DNA of 60,459 bases from NCBI GenBank assembly GCA_903864265.1, contig CAIPFN010000243.1, positions 1 through 60,459 on the forward strand, given 5' to 3'. The notes below the pieces were generated by a model, which made no database searches, was not told the DNA's origin, and saw only the letters and a list, made by a program, of their open reading frames with translations. Below are positions 9,299-19,414 of this stretch, piece by piece (positions within the stretch are counted from its first letter, which is position 1; every line of letters starts with the position of its first letter). This DNA is from an uncultured Bacteroidales bacterium. Its GTDB lineage: Bacteria; Bacteroidota; Bacteroidia; Bacteroidales; UBA4417. The translations under genes were made by a program, and so were the position numbers.

Positions 9299-12268
9299 AT
9301 GGAAAAGCAAACATTTGTAGCAGCATTGTTATCGTATGTTAAACCAATAGGATACGTCATTTTACCCTATTCCTGTTTCAGGGGAAACGATAACTTTATC
9401 ACTGTTCATGAACGATTGACACTGATGAATACCAGGCAATACCCGGGTTTGGGGGATGGCGTACTGGAAATCATCAGGCAAACCGAAAGTTTTTCGAACC
9501 TGGCGCTGATCAGGCAGTTTTCGAAGAAAGCGCTCACGCCCAAGGACTTTTTTGCAACCCTCGACAAGAAGCTCCTGGATGAAATGATCAGGCCTTTTGT
9601 GGAACGTAAGCTCGCCAAAATAATCGGAATTCTCCATGATCAAGACATCCCGCTATACATTGGCAATGGCAACACCAATTTATACCCCGAAGACAAAATT
9701 ACATTCAGCAACGAAACCCCCAGGGCTACCTTAAAGTTTACACGGACCGGCGAAGGTACCCAGTACAAACTCCGGGCTTTTCATGCTAATGAGGAAATAA
9801 TACTGAATGATCCTGCCAATAAAGTGCTGGTAAATGATCCGTGCTGGTTTGCCGAAGGGAATAAATTAATCCGTTTCCCGGAAAATATCAGCGGTAAACT
9901 TCTCAACCCTTTTAAAAACAAGGACTTTATCGCCATCCCAAAAAGCCTGGAATACAAATACTTCAGTACATTTATCCGCAAAATAGCCAACCGTTGCGAA
10001 ATTGAAGCCGAGGGGTTCCAGGTGAAGGACCTTCAGCAGCAGCCAAGGGCCATCCTCTCGCTGGAAGCTGACTGGCAGGGAACCATAGTATTGGTGCTTT
10101 TCTTCCAGTATGGCGATAAAGTGATATTGGCCAACAACCCGCAAAAATCATTTACCAGCTTACTCGCCGACGAAAGCGGTTTCATTTTTAACCGGTTCAG
10201 GCGTCACCAGACCTGGGAAGCAGCCCAGGTGGCTTTCCTGAAAGCCAGGAAGCTGAAACAACTGGAAGCCACTTTCCGGATTGAGGAAACGGAGACTTCC
10301 CTGCATAAAGGATACCGCCTGCTGGAATGGCTGGCAGTTAACCAGGAGGAGCTTACTGCCCATTTGTTTACCATCAGGCAGACCGAAAGCAACAAGTACC
10401 TGCTGGAAATCCCGGTATTAAACCTGAGCATGACCACCGGACAGGATTGGTTTGATATACAGGGCACTGTAGTGCTGAAAAATTTCGAAATCCCTTTTAT
10501 CAGCTTTAAAAATCATATCATCAACAATATTAAGGAATTCGAACTTCCAAGCGGGGAAATAGTGATCCTGCCCGACGAATGGTACGCACGCTTCCAGGAA
10601 ATGATGATGTATTCCCGGGAAAACAAAACGGCGATCCGTATACGGAAACATCATTTCAAATTATTACCCGACGTACTCACAGCTGAGAATGAGCAACTCG
10701 AAGGCTCGTTGTCATCACCCGAAGCTGTCGTACTTCCTGAACTGGCCAATGTAACCATGCGGTCTTACCAGGTCTCAGGGTTTTATTGGATGCATGCCCT
10801 TCAACAACACGGTTTTGGAGGAATACTGGCCGATGATATGGGCCTTGGCAAAACTCTGCAAACTCTGGCTCTGCTGGCATCATATTATCCATATACCAAC
10901 TGGGATACAGCTTCATCACTACCCATTTCAAGCGGATTTTCGTTGCCGGAAGCTGTTCAGCTTGATTTATTTGCAGCACCTGCATCCATTCCTGAAAGTA
11001 AACCTTTCGCCCCAAAGCCTTCAGGGGCTGACCGGCCTCCCTGCAGCCTTATAGTGCTCCCGGCCTCCCTTATTCATAACTGGCTGAACGAAATCATCCG
11101 CTTTGCGCCCTGGCTGAAGGTGCATATACATTCGGGAACCAACCGCAGGACGGATACAAAATCATTCAGCCGGCATGATATCATTCTTACCACCTATGGT
11201 ACAATGCGAAACGACATTGAAATGCTCGGCGCTTATATTTTTGGATACGTGATACTCGACGAAAGTCAGACTATTAAAAACCCGTCTTCGCGGGCCACAC
11301 AGGCTGTGTTTAAGCTGCAGAGCCGGCATAGGCTGGTGCTTACAGGAACACCTATTCAGAATTCCTTATCCGATGTATGGTCCCAGTTTAATTTTTTGAA
11401 TCAGGGTATGCTCGGGACTCATCATCATTTCATGAAATATTATGTCGTCCCTTTGTCGAAAAACCCTGACGACAGGGTAGGGGAGAAGCTTAGGAACCTG
11501 ATCAGCCCGTTTATACTGCGCAGGACCAAGGAAGAGGTGGCTCCGGAACTTCCCCCCGTTACAGAAACAGCAGTGTATTGCGAGATGACCGAAGAACAGC
11601 AGCACCTTTACGAAACGGAAAAGTCGAAGGTCCGGAACCTGATCATCGAAAATTTCAATACTGAGGGCGGCAAAAATTCAGCGGTCTTGGTGCTGCGGTC
11701 GCTGACCATACTGAGGCAGCTGGCCAACCATCCGCGAATGATCGAATCCGGTTCTGATGCCGGCAGCGGGAAATTTAAAGAAGTTACCGAAAGCCTCGAG
11801 ACGGTACTTGCCGAAAACCACAAAATACTGATATTTTCTTCCTTTGTTAAACACCTTAAACTACTGGAAGAATTCTGTACCGAGAAAGGCTTCAAATATG
11901 CCTTGCTTACCGGCTCAACCACCAACCGGGAGAAGGTGATCAGTTCGTTTAAAAGCAAAAGCGACATTCAGCTGTTTCTCATTTCGCTCAAAGCCGGTGG
12001 GGTTGGGCTCAACCTTACCGAAGCGGATTACGTATTTATCCTCGATCCGTGGTGGAATCCGGCGGCCGAGATGCAGGCCTTAAACCGGGCGCATCGCATA
12101 GGGCAGGATAAGAAAGTATTTGTTTACCGCTTTATCACCAAAGAAACCGTGGAGGAAAAAATAGTCCTCTTGCAGCAAAAGAAAAAGAACCTGGCTGATT
12201 TGTTTGTCACATCCGATACCCTGATAGCCGGTATGACCCGGGACGAAATTCTGGGCATATTTTCATAA
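9299..12268 (+). CDS. SNF2-family (DEAD/H-like) helicase/ATPase
   Basis: GILADDMGLGKTLQ, ILDESQTIKN, LTGTPIQN, FILRRTK, SLKAGGVGLNL, DPWWNPA, QALNRAHRIGQ. Confidence 0.93.
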   Translation: MEKQTFVAALLSYVKPIGYVILPYSCFRGNDNFITVHERLTLMNTRQYPGLGDGVLEIIRQTESFSNLALIRQFSKKALTPKDFFATLDKKLLDEMIRPFVERKLAKIIGILHDQDIPLYIGNGNTNLYPEDKITFSNETPRATLKFTRTGEGTQYKLRAFHANEEIILNDPANKVLVNDPCWFAEGNKLIRFPENISGKLLNPFKNKDFIAIPKSLEYKYFSTFIRKIANRCEIEAEGFQVKDLQQQPRAILSLEADWQGTIVLVLFFQYGDKVILANNPQKSFTSLLADESGFIFNRFRRHQTWEAAQVAFLKARKLKQLEATFRIEETETSLHKGYRLLEWLAVNQEELTAHLFTIRQTESNKYLLEIPVLNLSMTTGQDWFDIQGTVVLKNFEIPFISFKNHIINNIKEFELPSGEIVILPDEWYARFQEMMMYSRENKTAIRIRKHHFKLLPDVLTAENEQLEGSLSSPEAVVLPELANVTMRSYQVSGFYWMHALQQHGFGGILADDMGLGKTLQTLALLASYYPYTNWDTASSLPISSGFSLPEAVQLDLFAAPASIPESKPFAPKPSGADRPPCSLIVLPASLIHNWLNEIIRFAPWLKVHIHSGTNRRTDTKSFSRHDIILTTYGTMRNDIEMLGAYIFGYVILDESQTIKNPSSRATQAVFKLQSRHRLVLTGTPIQNSLSDVWSQFNFLNQGMLGTHHHFMKYYVVPLSKNPDDRVGEKLRNLISPFILRRTKEEVAPELPPVTETAVYCEMTEEQQHLYETEKSKVRNLIIENFNTEGGKNSAVLVLRSLTILRQLANHPRMIESGSDAGSGKFKEVTESLETVLAENHKILIFSSFVKHLKLLEEFCTEKGFKYALLTGSTTNREKVISSFKSKSDIQLFLISLKAGGVGLNLTEADYVFILDPWWNPAAEMQALNRAHRIGQDKKVFVYRFITKETVEEKIVLLQQKKKNLADLFVTSDTLIAGMTRDEILGIFS

Positions 12269-12304
12269 CAGCTTCGGCAGATCATTGTAAGTACAGGCAT
12301 AAAT

Positions 12305-12339
12305 AAAAAAGCCTCCCGCGCTTTACCGTGGGAGGCTTT
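12305..12339. terminator. Intrinsic terminator between convergent SNF2 and ptrB genes
   Basis: AAAAAAGCCTCCCGCG-loop-CGTGGGAGGCTTT. Confidence 0.75.
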
Positions 12340-12356
12340 GGTCATTCAAGGGAAAG

Positions 12357-14507
12357 CTATTCGGATATTCCTTCCCTGTTTAGGATAAATGCGACCTGGA
12401 AGGCAGTTTCCTTCAAGGCGTCGAAACGTCCGGTGGCGCCTCCGTGGCCCGATTCCATATTGGTATGCAGGATCAGCAGGTTGTTGTCAGTTTTCAAGGC
12501 CCTGAGTTTTGCCACGAACTTGGCCGGCTCGTGGTAACAAACCTGTGAATCGTTCAAGCCGGCAGTAACAAGCATATTCGGGTATTTTTGCGCCTTTACA
12601 TTGTCGTAAGGGGAATACGATAACATATAACGGTAGTATTCTTCAACGGTGGGATTTCCCCATTCTTCGTATTCCTGGGTGGTGAGGGGCAGGCTGGCAT
12701 CGAGCATGGTATTCATTACATCCACGAACGGCACCTGAGCGATCACGGTATGGAAAAGTTCAGGGCTCATGTTCGCAACCGCACCCATCAGCAATCCGCC
12801 GGCACTGCCGCCCATGATGGCCAGTTTTGAAGCGGAGGTATATTGATCCTGCTGAAGTTTCTGAGCGCAGGCGATAAAATCGGTGAAGGTATTTTTCTTT
12901 TTCAGCAGTTTACCGTCTTCGTACCATTGTTCGCCCATATCGCTACCGCCCCGGATCTGGGCTATGGCAAACACAAATCCCCTATCCACCAGGCTGTAAA
13001 AATTGGAAACAAAGCGGGCATCGGAGCTGATGCCGTATGAGCCATAGGAATAAAGCAAAGCCGGGTTAGAGCCATCTTTTTTTAACGATTTTTTGTACAC
13101 TACCGACATTGGAACTTTAACTCCATCCGTTGCCGTAGCCCAGATCCGCTCAACGGTATAATCGTCCGCTTTAAAGCCACCCGGGATTTCCTGTTCTTTC
13201 AGCTTAATGCTTTCGTCCTTTGCCACATCGTAATCGTAAACGGTATTCGGACGGTTTAGGGAAGTATACCTGTAGCGCAGCATGGGGGAGGTAAATTCGG
13301 GAGTGCCTGTTAATGCCGCCGTGTACACCGGTTCAGGGAAGCTGATGGTTTTAGTTTTCCCATCCACAAGGTTCATAACCAGGATTTCATTCAGGCCGTT
13401 TTTGCGGGTTTGCAGGGCGAGGTATTTATCGAATACTTCGAGATAGTCAATTTTCACATCTTTATTGTGAGCTATCACTTCTTTCCAGGTTCCGCGGTCA
13501 GCATAACCTGTCAGGGGAGCCTCGTAAACCTTGCAGTTCAGGTTGTCGCGGTCCTTGTACTGTATGTAGAATTTATCCTTGTGCGGGTATACGTGATAGG
13601 TTACATCCTTAACACGGGGAATAAAAACCCTGAACTTCCCCATAGGTTCCGATGCCGGCAGGTACAGGTATTCGGAGGTGGTGAAGCTGGCCGACACAAT
13701 AAAAATGAAGTCTTTGGTTTTGCTTTTTTCAAGGTTAATAATGAACAGTTCGTTAGGCTCCTCGAAAACGAGTTCATCGGGGGTGGTGCTTCCCACTACA
13801 TGACGGAACACTTTGCAGGCGCGCAGGGCTTCGTTGCCGAGGGCGTAAAAAAGCGTCTTGCTGTCGTTAGCCCAGGCAAAGGACTGAACCTTATCGATTT
13901 TAAGGGGCAGTGCCTTTCCTGTGACCAGGTCCTGGAGTTGCAGGGTATAATCGGCATACGAACCGGTTTCATTACTCATAAAGGCGGCCAGCTTATTGTC
14001 GGGGCTGACTTCAAAATCCGAAAAGATATAGGCATGCTTGCCTTCCGCCATTTTATTGATGTCGAAAACTACTTCTTCGGGAGCCGAAAGGCTGCCCTTT
14101 TTCCGGCAATTGATGCGGTACTGCTTTCCTTTTTCGGTGCGGGTATAGTAATAATAGCCGTTATCGAGCTGGGGAACGGTTTCGTCGTCTTCTTTGATGC
14201 GGCCTTTCATTTCAGCAAACAGCTTGTCCTGCAAGGCTTTGGTCGATTTCATAACGGTATCGGCATAAGCATTTTCAGCTTTCAGGTAATCGATTACCCC
14301 GGGTTTGCTTTTATCTTTCAGCCAGTAGTAGTTGTCGGTGCGTTTGTTGCCAAACTCGGTAAACACGCTGGGTTTTACCGCCGCTACCGGAGGAGCAGGG
14401 AAATCGCTTTGTTGGGTTATTTTCACGAGGGTTCGGGTTGATGGATTACAGGCTGCCAGTCCAAGGGCAATGGCCATGACCGGCCAGGATTTACAATAGG
14501 GTGTCAT
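12357..14507 (-). CDS. ptrB: Oligopeptidase B (S9A protease II), probable lipoprotein
   Basis: DNYYWL, IRGGSDMGEQWYEDGK, KKNTFTDFI, GGSAGG, QEYEEWGNP, GHGG; lipobox LGLAAC. Confidence 0.9.
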   Translation of the reverse strand: MTPYCKSWPVMAIALGLAACNPSTRTLVKITQQSDFPAPPVAAVKPSVFTEFGNKRTDNYYWLKDKSKPGVIDYLKAENAYADTVMKSTKALQDKLFAEMKGRIKEDDETVPQLDNGYYYYTRTEKGKQYRINCRKKGSLSAPEEVVFDINKMAEGKHAYIFSDFEVSPDNKLAAFMSNETGSYADYTLQLQDLVTGKALPLKIDKVQSFAWANDSKTLFYALGNEALRACKVFRHVVGSTTPDELVFEEPNELFIINLEKSKTKDFIFIVSASFTTSEYLYLPASEPMGKFRVFIPRVKDVTYHVYPHKDKFYIQYKDRDNLNCKVYEAPLTGYADRGTWKEVIAHNKDVKIDYLEVFDKYLALQTRKNGLNEILVMNLVDGKTKTISFPEPVYTAALTGTPEFTSPMLRYRYTSLNRPNTVYDYDVAKDESIKLKEQEIPGGFKADDYTVERIWATATDGVKVPMSVVYKKSLKKDGSNPALLYSYGSYGISSDARFVSNFYSLVDRGFVFAIAQIRGGSDMGEQWYEDGKLLKKKNTFTDFIACAQKLQQDQYTSASKLAIMGGSAGGLLMGAVANMSPELFHTVIAQVPFVDVMNTMLDASLPLTTQEYEEWGNPTVEEYYRYMLSYSPYDNVKAQKYPNMLVTAGLNDSQVCYHEPAKFVAKLRALKTDNNLLILHTNMESGHGGATGRFDALKETAFQVAFILNREGISE

Positions 14508-14606
14508 AGACGCAGATTTTTGGAAAATGTTCAGTAAAAGTAGTGAAATCTATAGCAGCGGGGATTCCATTTGCAGGCAATTCGCCAAACTTTCGGCATA
14601 AATCAC

Positions 14607-14614
14607 TAATTTTG
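14607..14614 (+). promoter_or_regulatory. -7 promoter box for trpS
   Basis: TAATTTTG matches TAnnTTTG. Confidence 0.55.
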
Positions 14615-14697
14615 CATCTTCAGGCGCACCTTTTACAGGTGAATCAGGCAAATCAGACCGATATTATAGAAAACCTACGGGCTTTAAACATAACATT

Positions 14698-15693
14698 ATG
14701 CAAACAGTAGTAAGCGGAATCAGGCCTACGGGCAACCTACACCTCGGGAATTATTTCGGAGCCATGCAGAATTTTGTAAAAATGCAGGAAACGGATAATT
14801 GCTATTTCTTTATTGCCGACTATCATTCGCTTACTACCCATCCTACCCCTGCCGATCTGCATGGTAATGTAAAACAGGTGCTGGTCGAATACCTGGCTTG
14901 TGGTCTGGATCCTGAAAAAGCGACCTTATACCTTCAAAGCGACCTTCCGGAAACGGCGGAGTTGTACCTCTTTCTGAACATGAATGCCTATATGGGCGAA
15001 CTGGAGCGATGCACTTCGTTTAAAGATAAAGCCCGTACTCAACCCGATAATGTAAATGCCGGCCTGCTCACCTATCCCACGCTGATGGCTGCCGATATAT
15101 TACTGCATAAAGCTAACAGGGTTCCGGTAGGGAAAGACCAGGAGCAGCACCTGGAAATGACCCGCACCTTTGCCAGCCGATTCAACCGTATGTACAACGT
15201 GGAATATTTCCCCGAACCGGTAGCCTATAATTTCGGCGAATCGCTGATTAAAATCCCCGGACTGGATGGCAGCACCAAGATGGGCAAGAGCGAGGGCGAA
15301 GGCAACGCGATATTCCTGTTCGACGCCCCGGAAGTGATACGTAAAAAAGTAATGAAAGCCGTTACCGATAGTGGTCCTACCGAAGCCAACCAGCCTAAGC
15401 CCCAGGCCATTGAGAATTTATTCGGTTTGATGAAAGCCTTGTCGGAACCCGAAACGCTTCAGTTTTTCGAAGATTCCTATAATGCCTGTAGTATACGCTA
15501 TGGCGATATGAAAAAACAGTTGGCCGAAGACGTGATCCGTTTTACCACTCCTTTCCGCGATCGTATCCTGGATCTGCTCCACAACGACGAATACCTTCAG
15601 AAAGTGGTGAACAGGGGACGCGATAAAGCGCACGAAAGTGCTGCAAACACGGTAAAGGAAGTTAGATCCATTATAGGATTTAAAAGTTTTTAA
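14698..15693 (+). CDS. trpS: Tryptophan--tRNA ligase
   Basis: SGIRPTGNLHLGNY (HIGH), YPTLMAADIL, VPVGKDQEQHLE, KMGKS (KMSKS). Confidence 0.97.
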   Translation: MQTVVSGIRPTGNLHLGNYFGAMQNFVKMQETDNCYFFIADYHSLTTHPTPADLHGNVKQVLVEYLACGLDPEKATLYLQSDLPETAELYLFLNMNAYMGELERCTSFKDKARTQPDNVNAGLLTYPTLMAADILLHKANRVPVGKDQEQHLEMTRTFASRFNRMYNVEYFPEPVAYNFGESLIKIPGLDGSTKMGKSEGEGNAIFLFDAPEVIRKKVMKAVTDSGPTEANQPKPQAIENLFGLMKALSEPETLQFFEDSYNACSIRYGDMKKQLAEDVIRFTTPFRDRILDLLHNDEYLQKVVNRGRDKAHESAANTVKEVRSIIGFKSF

Positions 15694-15765
15694 GTACAGG
15701 ATTTCAATACCTGTTGCTCGAAACGTACCGGAAACCATTCTGTTTCCTCCTGCAAAACCCTTTGC

Positions 15766-16998
15766 CTACCTGCTTCGTTTTTTGAATGTAACCCTGCCTA
15801 TACAAATTGTCTTATCATCCAGTGCCGGATCGAGGGATAAAAAGCCCGTAAATGCAGCTTGTTTTAAATGTCCGTCGGAATACCTGAGGATGACTGAATA
15901 ATTCCGTATTTCGTAAGTGCCGCTTCCGGCAGTTGTAACCGAAGTGCCATCCCTGTGATATTGCAATGCAGTATTAAAAATACCTTCATCGGTAAATTGC
16001 CCGTTGGCGGAAAATCGGATCAAAGCCTTTTGACCCAATGCACCCTTGTCAAGATCAGGGTTATCGGGCTCTTCCCAGGAGGTCCACGACCCGTTCAGCC
16101 GTAAACCATCCACCGGTTTACAATGTTGATAATACTGTGAGCTGATAATCATGTTACCCCTTTCGTTCAGTTTCACATCTATATCAATTACACCCGGTCG
16201 TTTAATAATCCAGTTTCCTGCTCCATTATTTATATACCTGCTCCAGAATTGAGCTTCCGCGGATTCGCTTTCCGGTTTATTGAAACCTGCAAACCCCATG
16301 TCGGGTATAGCTTCGTATACCTGCCCGTTACTGTAAAATGTTTTCCAGATGGTATGGCCCAGCGTCAGCGGGTCGCCATAAAATGCTTTCATATAAATGC
16401 CCATCCATACACCTTCAATTCCATTTTTTGTATTAAAGCATGGAGGCGAATTAACTTTGGATGTAGATTGAATAACAGTGGTTGCAGCAACAGCATGCGC
16501 AACTGCGGGAGGAACTTTTTTTAATGTCAATCCATTAAAAAAAGTTTCAATTGTGCTCTGATAACCTGCATCATTTGACAAAGTCAAGATATTGGTTGTC
16601 AGCCCGAAACCTACGATGGTCGAGAGCATGGCTGTCCCTGACAGGTTGCCGTTTACAAAACCTGCAGCGCCCAGTATCACTTCGCGACCTTCGTCGTCGG
16701 AAACCTTGTCGGTTTGAGGTAAGTCTTTAATATGAAGGGGAGTGGCGGCCAGCACAGACCAGTTCCTGTCGAATTCTTCGCGTGCAGTTCCTTTGCTGGC
16801 CTGGCTTGCATAGATACTGATAGTGCAATATATTCCTTTCGCATTGTCCGTAGCGATATAGCTGACAACTCCTTCCCTTGTCGATTTTTCCCAGCCTTGG
16901 GGAATGGTATAGGTGGCAATGTCAAAGGTTTCGGTTTGCGCAAAGGCGCTAATAGTCAGGCCTAAGCCTATGAGTATCAAAAGATATTTTTTTATCAT
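15766..16998 (-). CDS. Secreted hypothetical protein
   Basis: 410-aa ORF with signal peptide (..SAFA-Q); no family recognised. Confidence 0.75.
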   Translation of the reverse strand: MIKKYLLILIGLGLTISAFAQTETFDIATYTIPQGWEKSTREGVVSYIATDNAKGIYCTISIYASQASKGTAREEFDRNWSVLAATPLHIKDLPQTDKVSDDEGREVILGAAGFVNGNLSGTAMLSTIVGFGLTTNILTLSNDAGYQSTIETFFNGLTLKKVPPAVAHAVAATTVIQSTSKVNSPPCFNTKNGIEGVWMGIYMKAFYGDPLTLGHTIWKTFYSNGQVYEAIPDMGFAGFNKPESESAEAQFWSRYINNGAGNWIIKRPGVIDIDVKLNERGNMIISSQYYQHCKPVDGLRLNGSWTSWEEPDNPDLDKGALGQKALIRFSANGQFTDEGIFNTALQYHRDGTSVTTAGSGTYEIRNYSVILRYSDGHLKQAAFTGFLSLDPALDDKTICIGRVTFKKRSR

Positions 16999-17047
16999 CA
17001 GTTAATGATGGTTTTGTTGAACGATGTAGTTGCCTGATAGACTGATT

Positions 17048-18202
17048 TTACTTTACCAGCATTTCCTGTAATTTATTGAAATCGAAATTATCTTCAAACA
17101 CTTTTTTTGCTTTCAAAGTTGTAGCTGAGGAAGTTTGATTGCGGATTTCAACTGTAACAAATTGTGGTGCGGATATGGGTAGTTTACTGTTAATATAGTC
17201 CGGATTTAAAGTAACAGCCGGTGAACCTCCATCGTCAGGATTCTTAAACATATCATTTGTAATCGGGTCGTAGCCTATATTCATATTCCCGATAAATGGT
17301 TTATCTAATTGTGCTTCTGAAGAAGCACGAATGTATTTGTCAATATTGTCAATATACTTCTGAATCAAATTTTTTTCTTTTGCCGTTTTAACATTTTCTT
17401 TTCCCTCAATATATGACTTTTTATATTTTTCTTTGATTTCGTCTGCTTCAGTTTTACTATACTGCGCTGCTAATTTTGCATATTCTAACTGAACCAGGTA
17501 TTGTTCGAAGGTTTGGGCAAGAATATCGTTGTAGATTTTATTTTCATGATCACGCATCACGGTAAAATAAGCCTTTTTGATACTGAGAATTTCTTTAATG
17601 CTAACGGGCACAAAAAGCGGGATACCGGGCTTGCTTACCACAATACGTCTTGCATCACCATCATTAATATACCAGGCAAAAGAACCGTATTTTTCGCTTT
17701 CAGTCCGCGGATGCAGGATGTAAATCTGCCTTCCGTCAACGGTTTCCGTAACTTCTTTTTCTTCGTTTTTGTCACCATATTCTTGATGGGAACAGGCAGC
17801 AGCTATGGAATTCAGAGAGTTAAAACTTAAGCTTAAAACCAATCCGGATTCCTCTTTTTCGTACAATTTCTTCTCTTTGGTGCAACCCAATTCAAGCATA
17901 TGAGTTTTAATATTGTAAGGCAATATTTTTTCTGTATGTACTGAGTTGATGCTAGCACTCCAGGTGCCTCTTAAGCCTTTGGTTTTATTGATGGCTTCGT
18001 TAATTACCGAGGTAAAAATGGCAGTCATCCATTTTTCCGCTTCTTTTGCGGCAGCCTTATCCTGCGAGATGTCCATAAATATCTTATTCTCGCCCCGTTT
18101 GCAGGAGGAGGGAGTATTACGGGCATCTTCGGAAGTTTCGCATTGCCCGAAAAGGGAAGCAGTAAAAATAAGGACGGCGGGTACCAGGAGTAGCTTTTTC
18201 AT
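17048..18202 (-). CDS. Secreted hypothetical protein, paralog of 18232..19248
   Basis: Signal peptide; shares KPxxPLFxP, VTxNPxYIN, QFxTxE and NFDFxKLQxML with the neighbouring gene. Confidence 0.78.
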   Translation of the reverse strand: MKKLLLVPAVLIFTASLFGQCETSEDARNTPSSCKRGENKIFMDISQDKAAAKEAEKWMTAIFTSVINEAINKTKGLRGTWSASINSVHTEKILPYNIKTHMLELGCTKEKKLYEKEESGLVLSLSFNSLNSIAAACSHQEYGDKNEEKEVTETVDGRQIYILHPRTESEKYGSFAWYINDGDARRIVVSKPGIPLFVPVSIKEILSIKKAYFTVMRDHENKIYNDILAQTFEQYLVQLEYAKLAAQYSKTEADEIKEKYKKSYIEGKENVKTAKEKNLIQKYIDNIDKYIRASSEAQLDKPFIGNMNIGYDPITNDMFKNPDDGGSPAVTLNPDYINSKLPISAPQFVTVEIRNQTSSATTLKAKKVFEDNFDFNKLQEMLVK

Positions 18203-18231
18203 GGGTCTGGTTTTTCAAAATATAATTTCCC

Positions 18232-19248
18232 TTATAATTTCCCAAGCATAGCCTGTAGTTTTTTAAAGTCAAAGTTGTTTTTAAATTCTTTAAACGCTGA
18301 AAATATTGTAGTATCATCTTGTATAAACCATTCGATAGTAATAAATTGTACGGATGCTGCAGCGGCGTTTTTATTGATATAGGAGGGATTGAAAGTTACC
18401 CAGGGGTTTCCCATTGTTGCATCATCCACATACGTTTCTCTTCTAACGTATGGAATTTGCTCAGATCTATCCCAAATAGTGATGCAAGGTTCATTGTAAA
18501 ATTCTTTATTGCCCGATTTATAAGTGTTGATGAATTTTTCAATTCGCTCAGCAGATACATTATACTTATCGTTAGGTTTTTGTAAATTATATGCTGCAAT
18601 CCAGTTTTTATATAATTCTAAAAATTCACCAACAGTAATAGGTTTAAATAATGGAACATCAGGTTTTGTGATAATTACACATGATTTTTCAGGTGTTTTG
18701 TTCCATCCTGTATAATAAAGTGGGAAACCTTTAAAGCTTTCTTCCTGTTGTTTTTCGGAGATCACATAAATTAAATGACCATCTATAAAATCCTGACCAT
18801 TTTTTTCGGTAAAGCCGCTGGCTTTCTTTTTATCCCGGATTACATAAGGTTCAAAACCATTGATTAAAACAGAAAACCTCAGTTGTGGACCTCCTTTTTT
18901 GTTTAATTCACCATTGCTTTCGCGGTAAACAGCAGTTAGTGTAATCTCCAGTTTGCCTTTAACCAATCCCTCGTTACTTATATCATCCACCAGTGCCCTC
19001 CAAGAGCCACTGATACCTTTAGAGTTTTTAAATGCTTCATCAAACAAAGCACAAATTTCTTTCATTTTTTTGTACATGATTTCGGTATTGGCTTTGTTTT
19101 GTTTACCCCCGCTACCAATGTAAACATAGTAGTTGCTGTTGTCTTCAGCAGACGAAAAGGGTACTTGTGCGGCTTGCCCTGCTGTGTTTTGGGAAAACGA
19201 CTGCATTGCGCAGGAAATGAAGATTAACAGGATGGTCAGATTTTTCAT
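18232..19248 (-). CDS. Secreted hypothetical protein, paralog of 17048..18202
   Basis: Signal peptide (..SFS-Q); same shared motifs as above. Confidence 0.78.
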   Translation of the reverse strand: MKNLTILLIFISCAMQSFSQNTAGQAAQVPFSSAEDNSNYYVYIGSGGKQNKANTEIMYKKMKEICALFDEAFKNSKGISGSWRALVDDISNEGLVKGKLEITLTAVYRESNGELNKKGGPQLRFSVLINGFEPYVIRDKKKASGFTEKNGQDFIDGHLIYVISEKQQEESFKGFPLYYTGWNKTPEKSCVIITKPDVPLFKPITVGEFLELYKNWIAAYNLQKPNDKYNVSAERIEKFINTYKSGNKEFYNEPCITIWDRSEQIPYVRRETYVDDATMGNPWVTFNPSYINKNAAAASVQFITIEWFIQDDTTIFSAFKEFKNNFDFKKLQAMLGKL

Positions 19249-19414
19249 AGCCTTTATTTATGACGATTATTTTATTCTACCTCACTTCAGAAGCTTTAAT
19301 TTCCGGTGTTTTGGTTTTTATTGCAGGCTGTATTGCATGTTTTTGAGAAGTTTTAAGTGTATTCGCTGCTTCCGGTTGACCTGATGACATTAAAGTCTCC
19401 TTTAACAGATATTT

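Noticed and set aside
9299-12268. SNF2 helicase as an anti-phage defence system (DISARM/Zorya-like)
   Set aside because: Stand-alone gene with its own promoter and terminator; no methylase, nuclease or other defence partners nearby
13410-14441. Long antisense ORFs (also 28964..29920, 36229..36963, 45144..46226, 55155..55895)
   Set aside because: Shadows of well-supported genes on the opposite strand, with no motifs of their own
12357-14507. Oligopeptidase B as part of the cyanophycin locus
   Set aside because: Separated by terminators and unrelated genes; PtrB cleaves alpha-peptide bonds after basic residues, not isoaspartyl bonds
14508-14697. T-box or attenuator upstream of trpS
   Set aside because: The leader is short, with no T-box consensus or Trp-rich leader peptide
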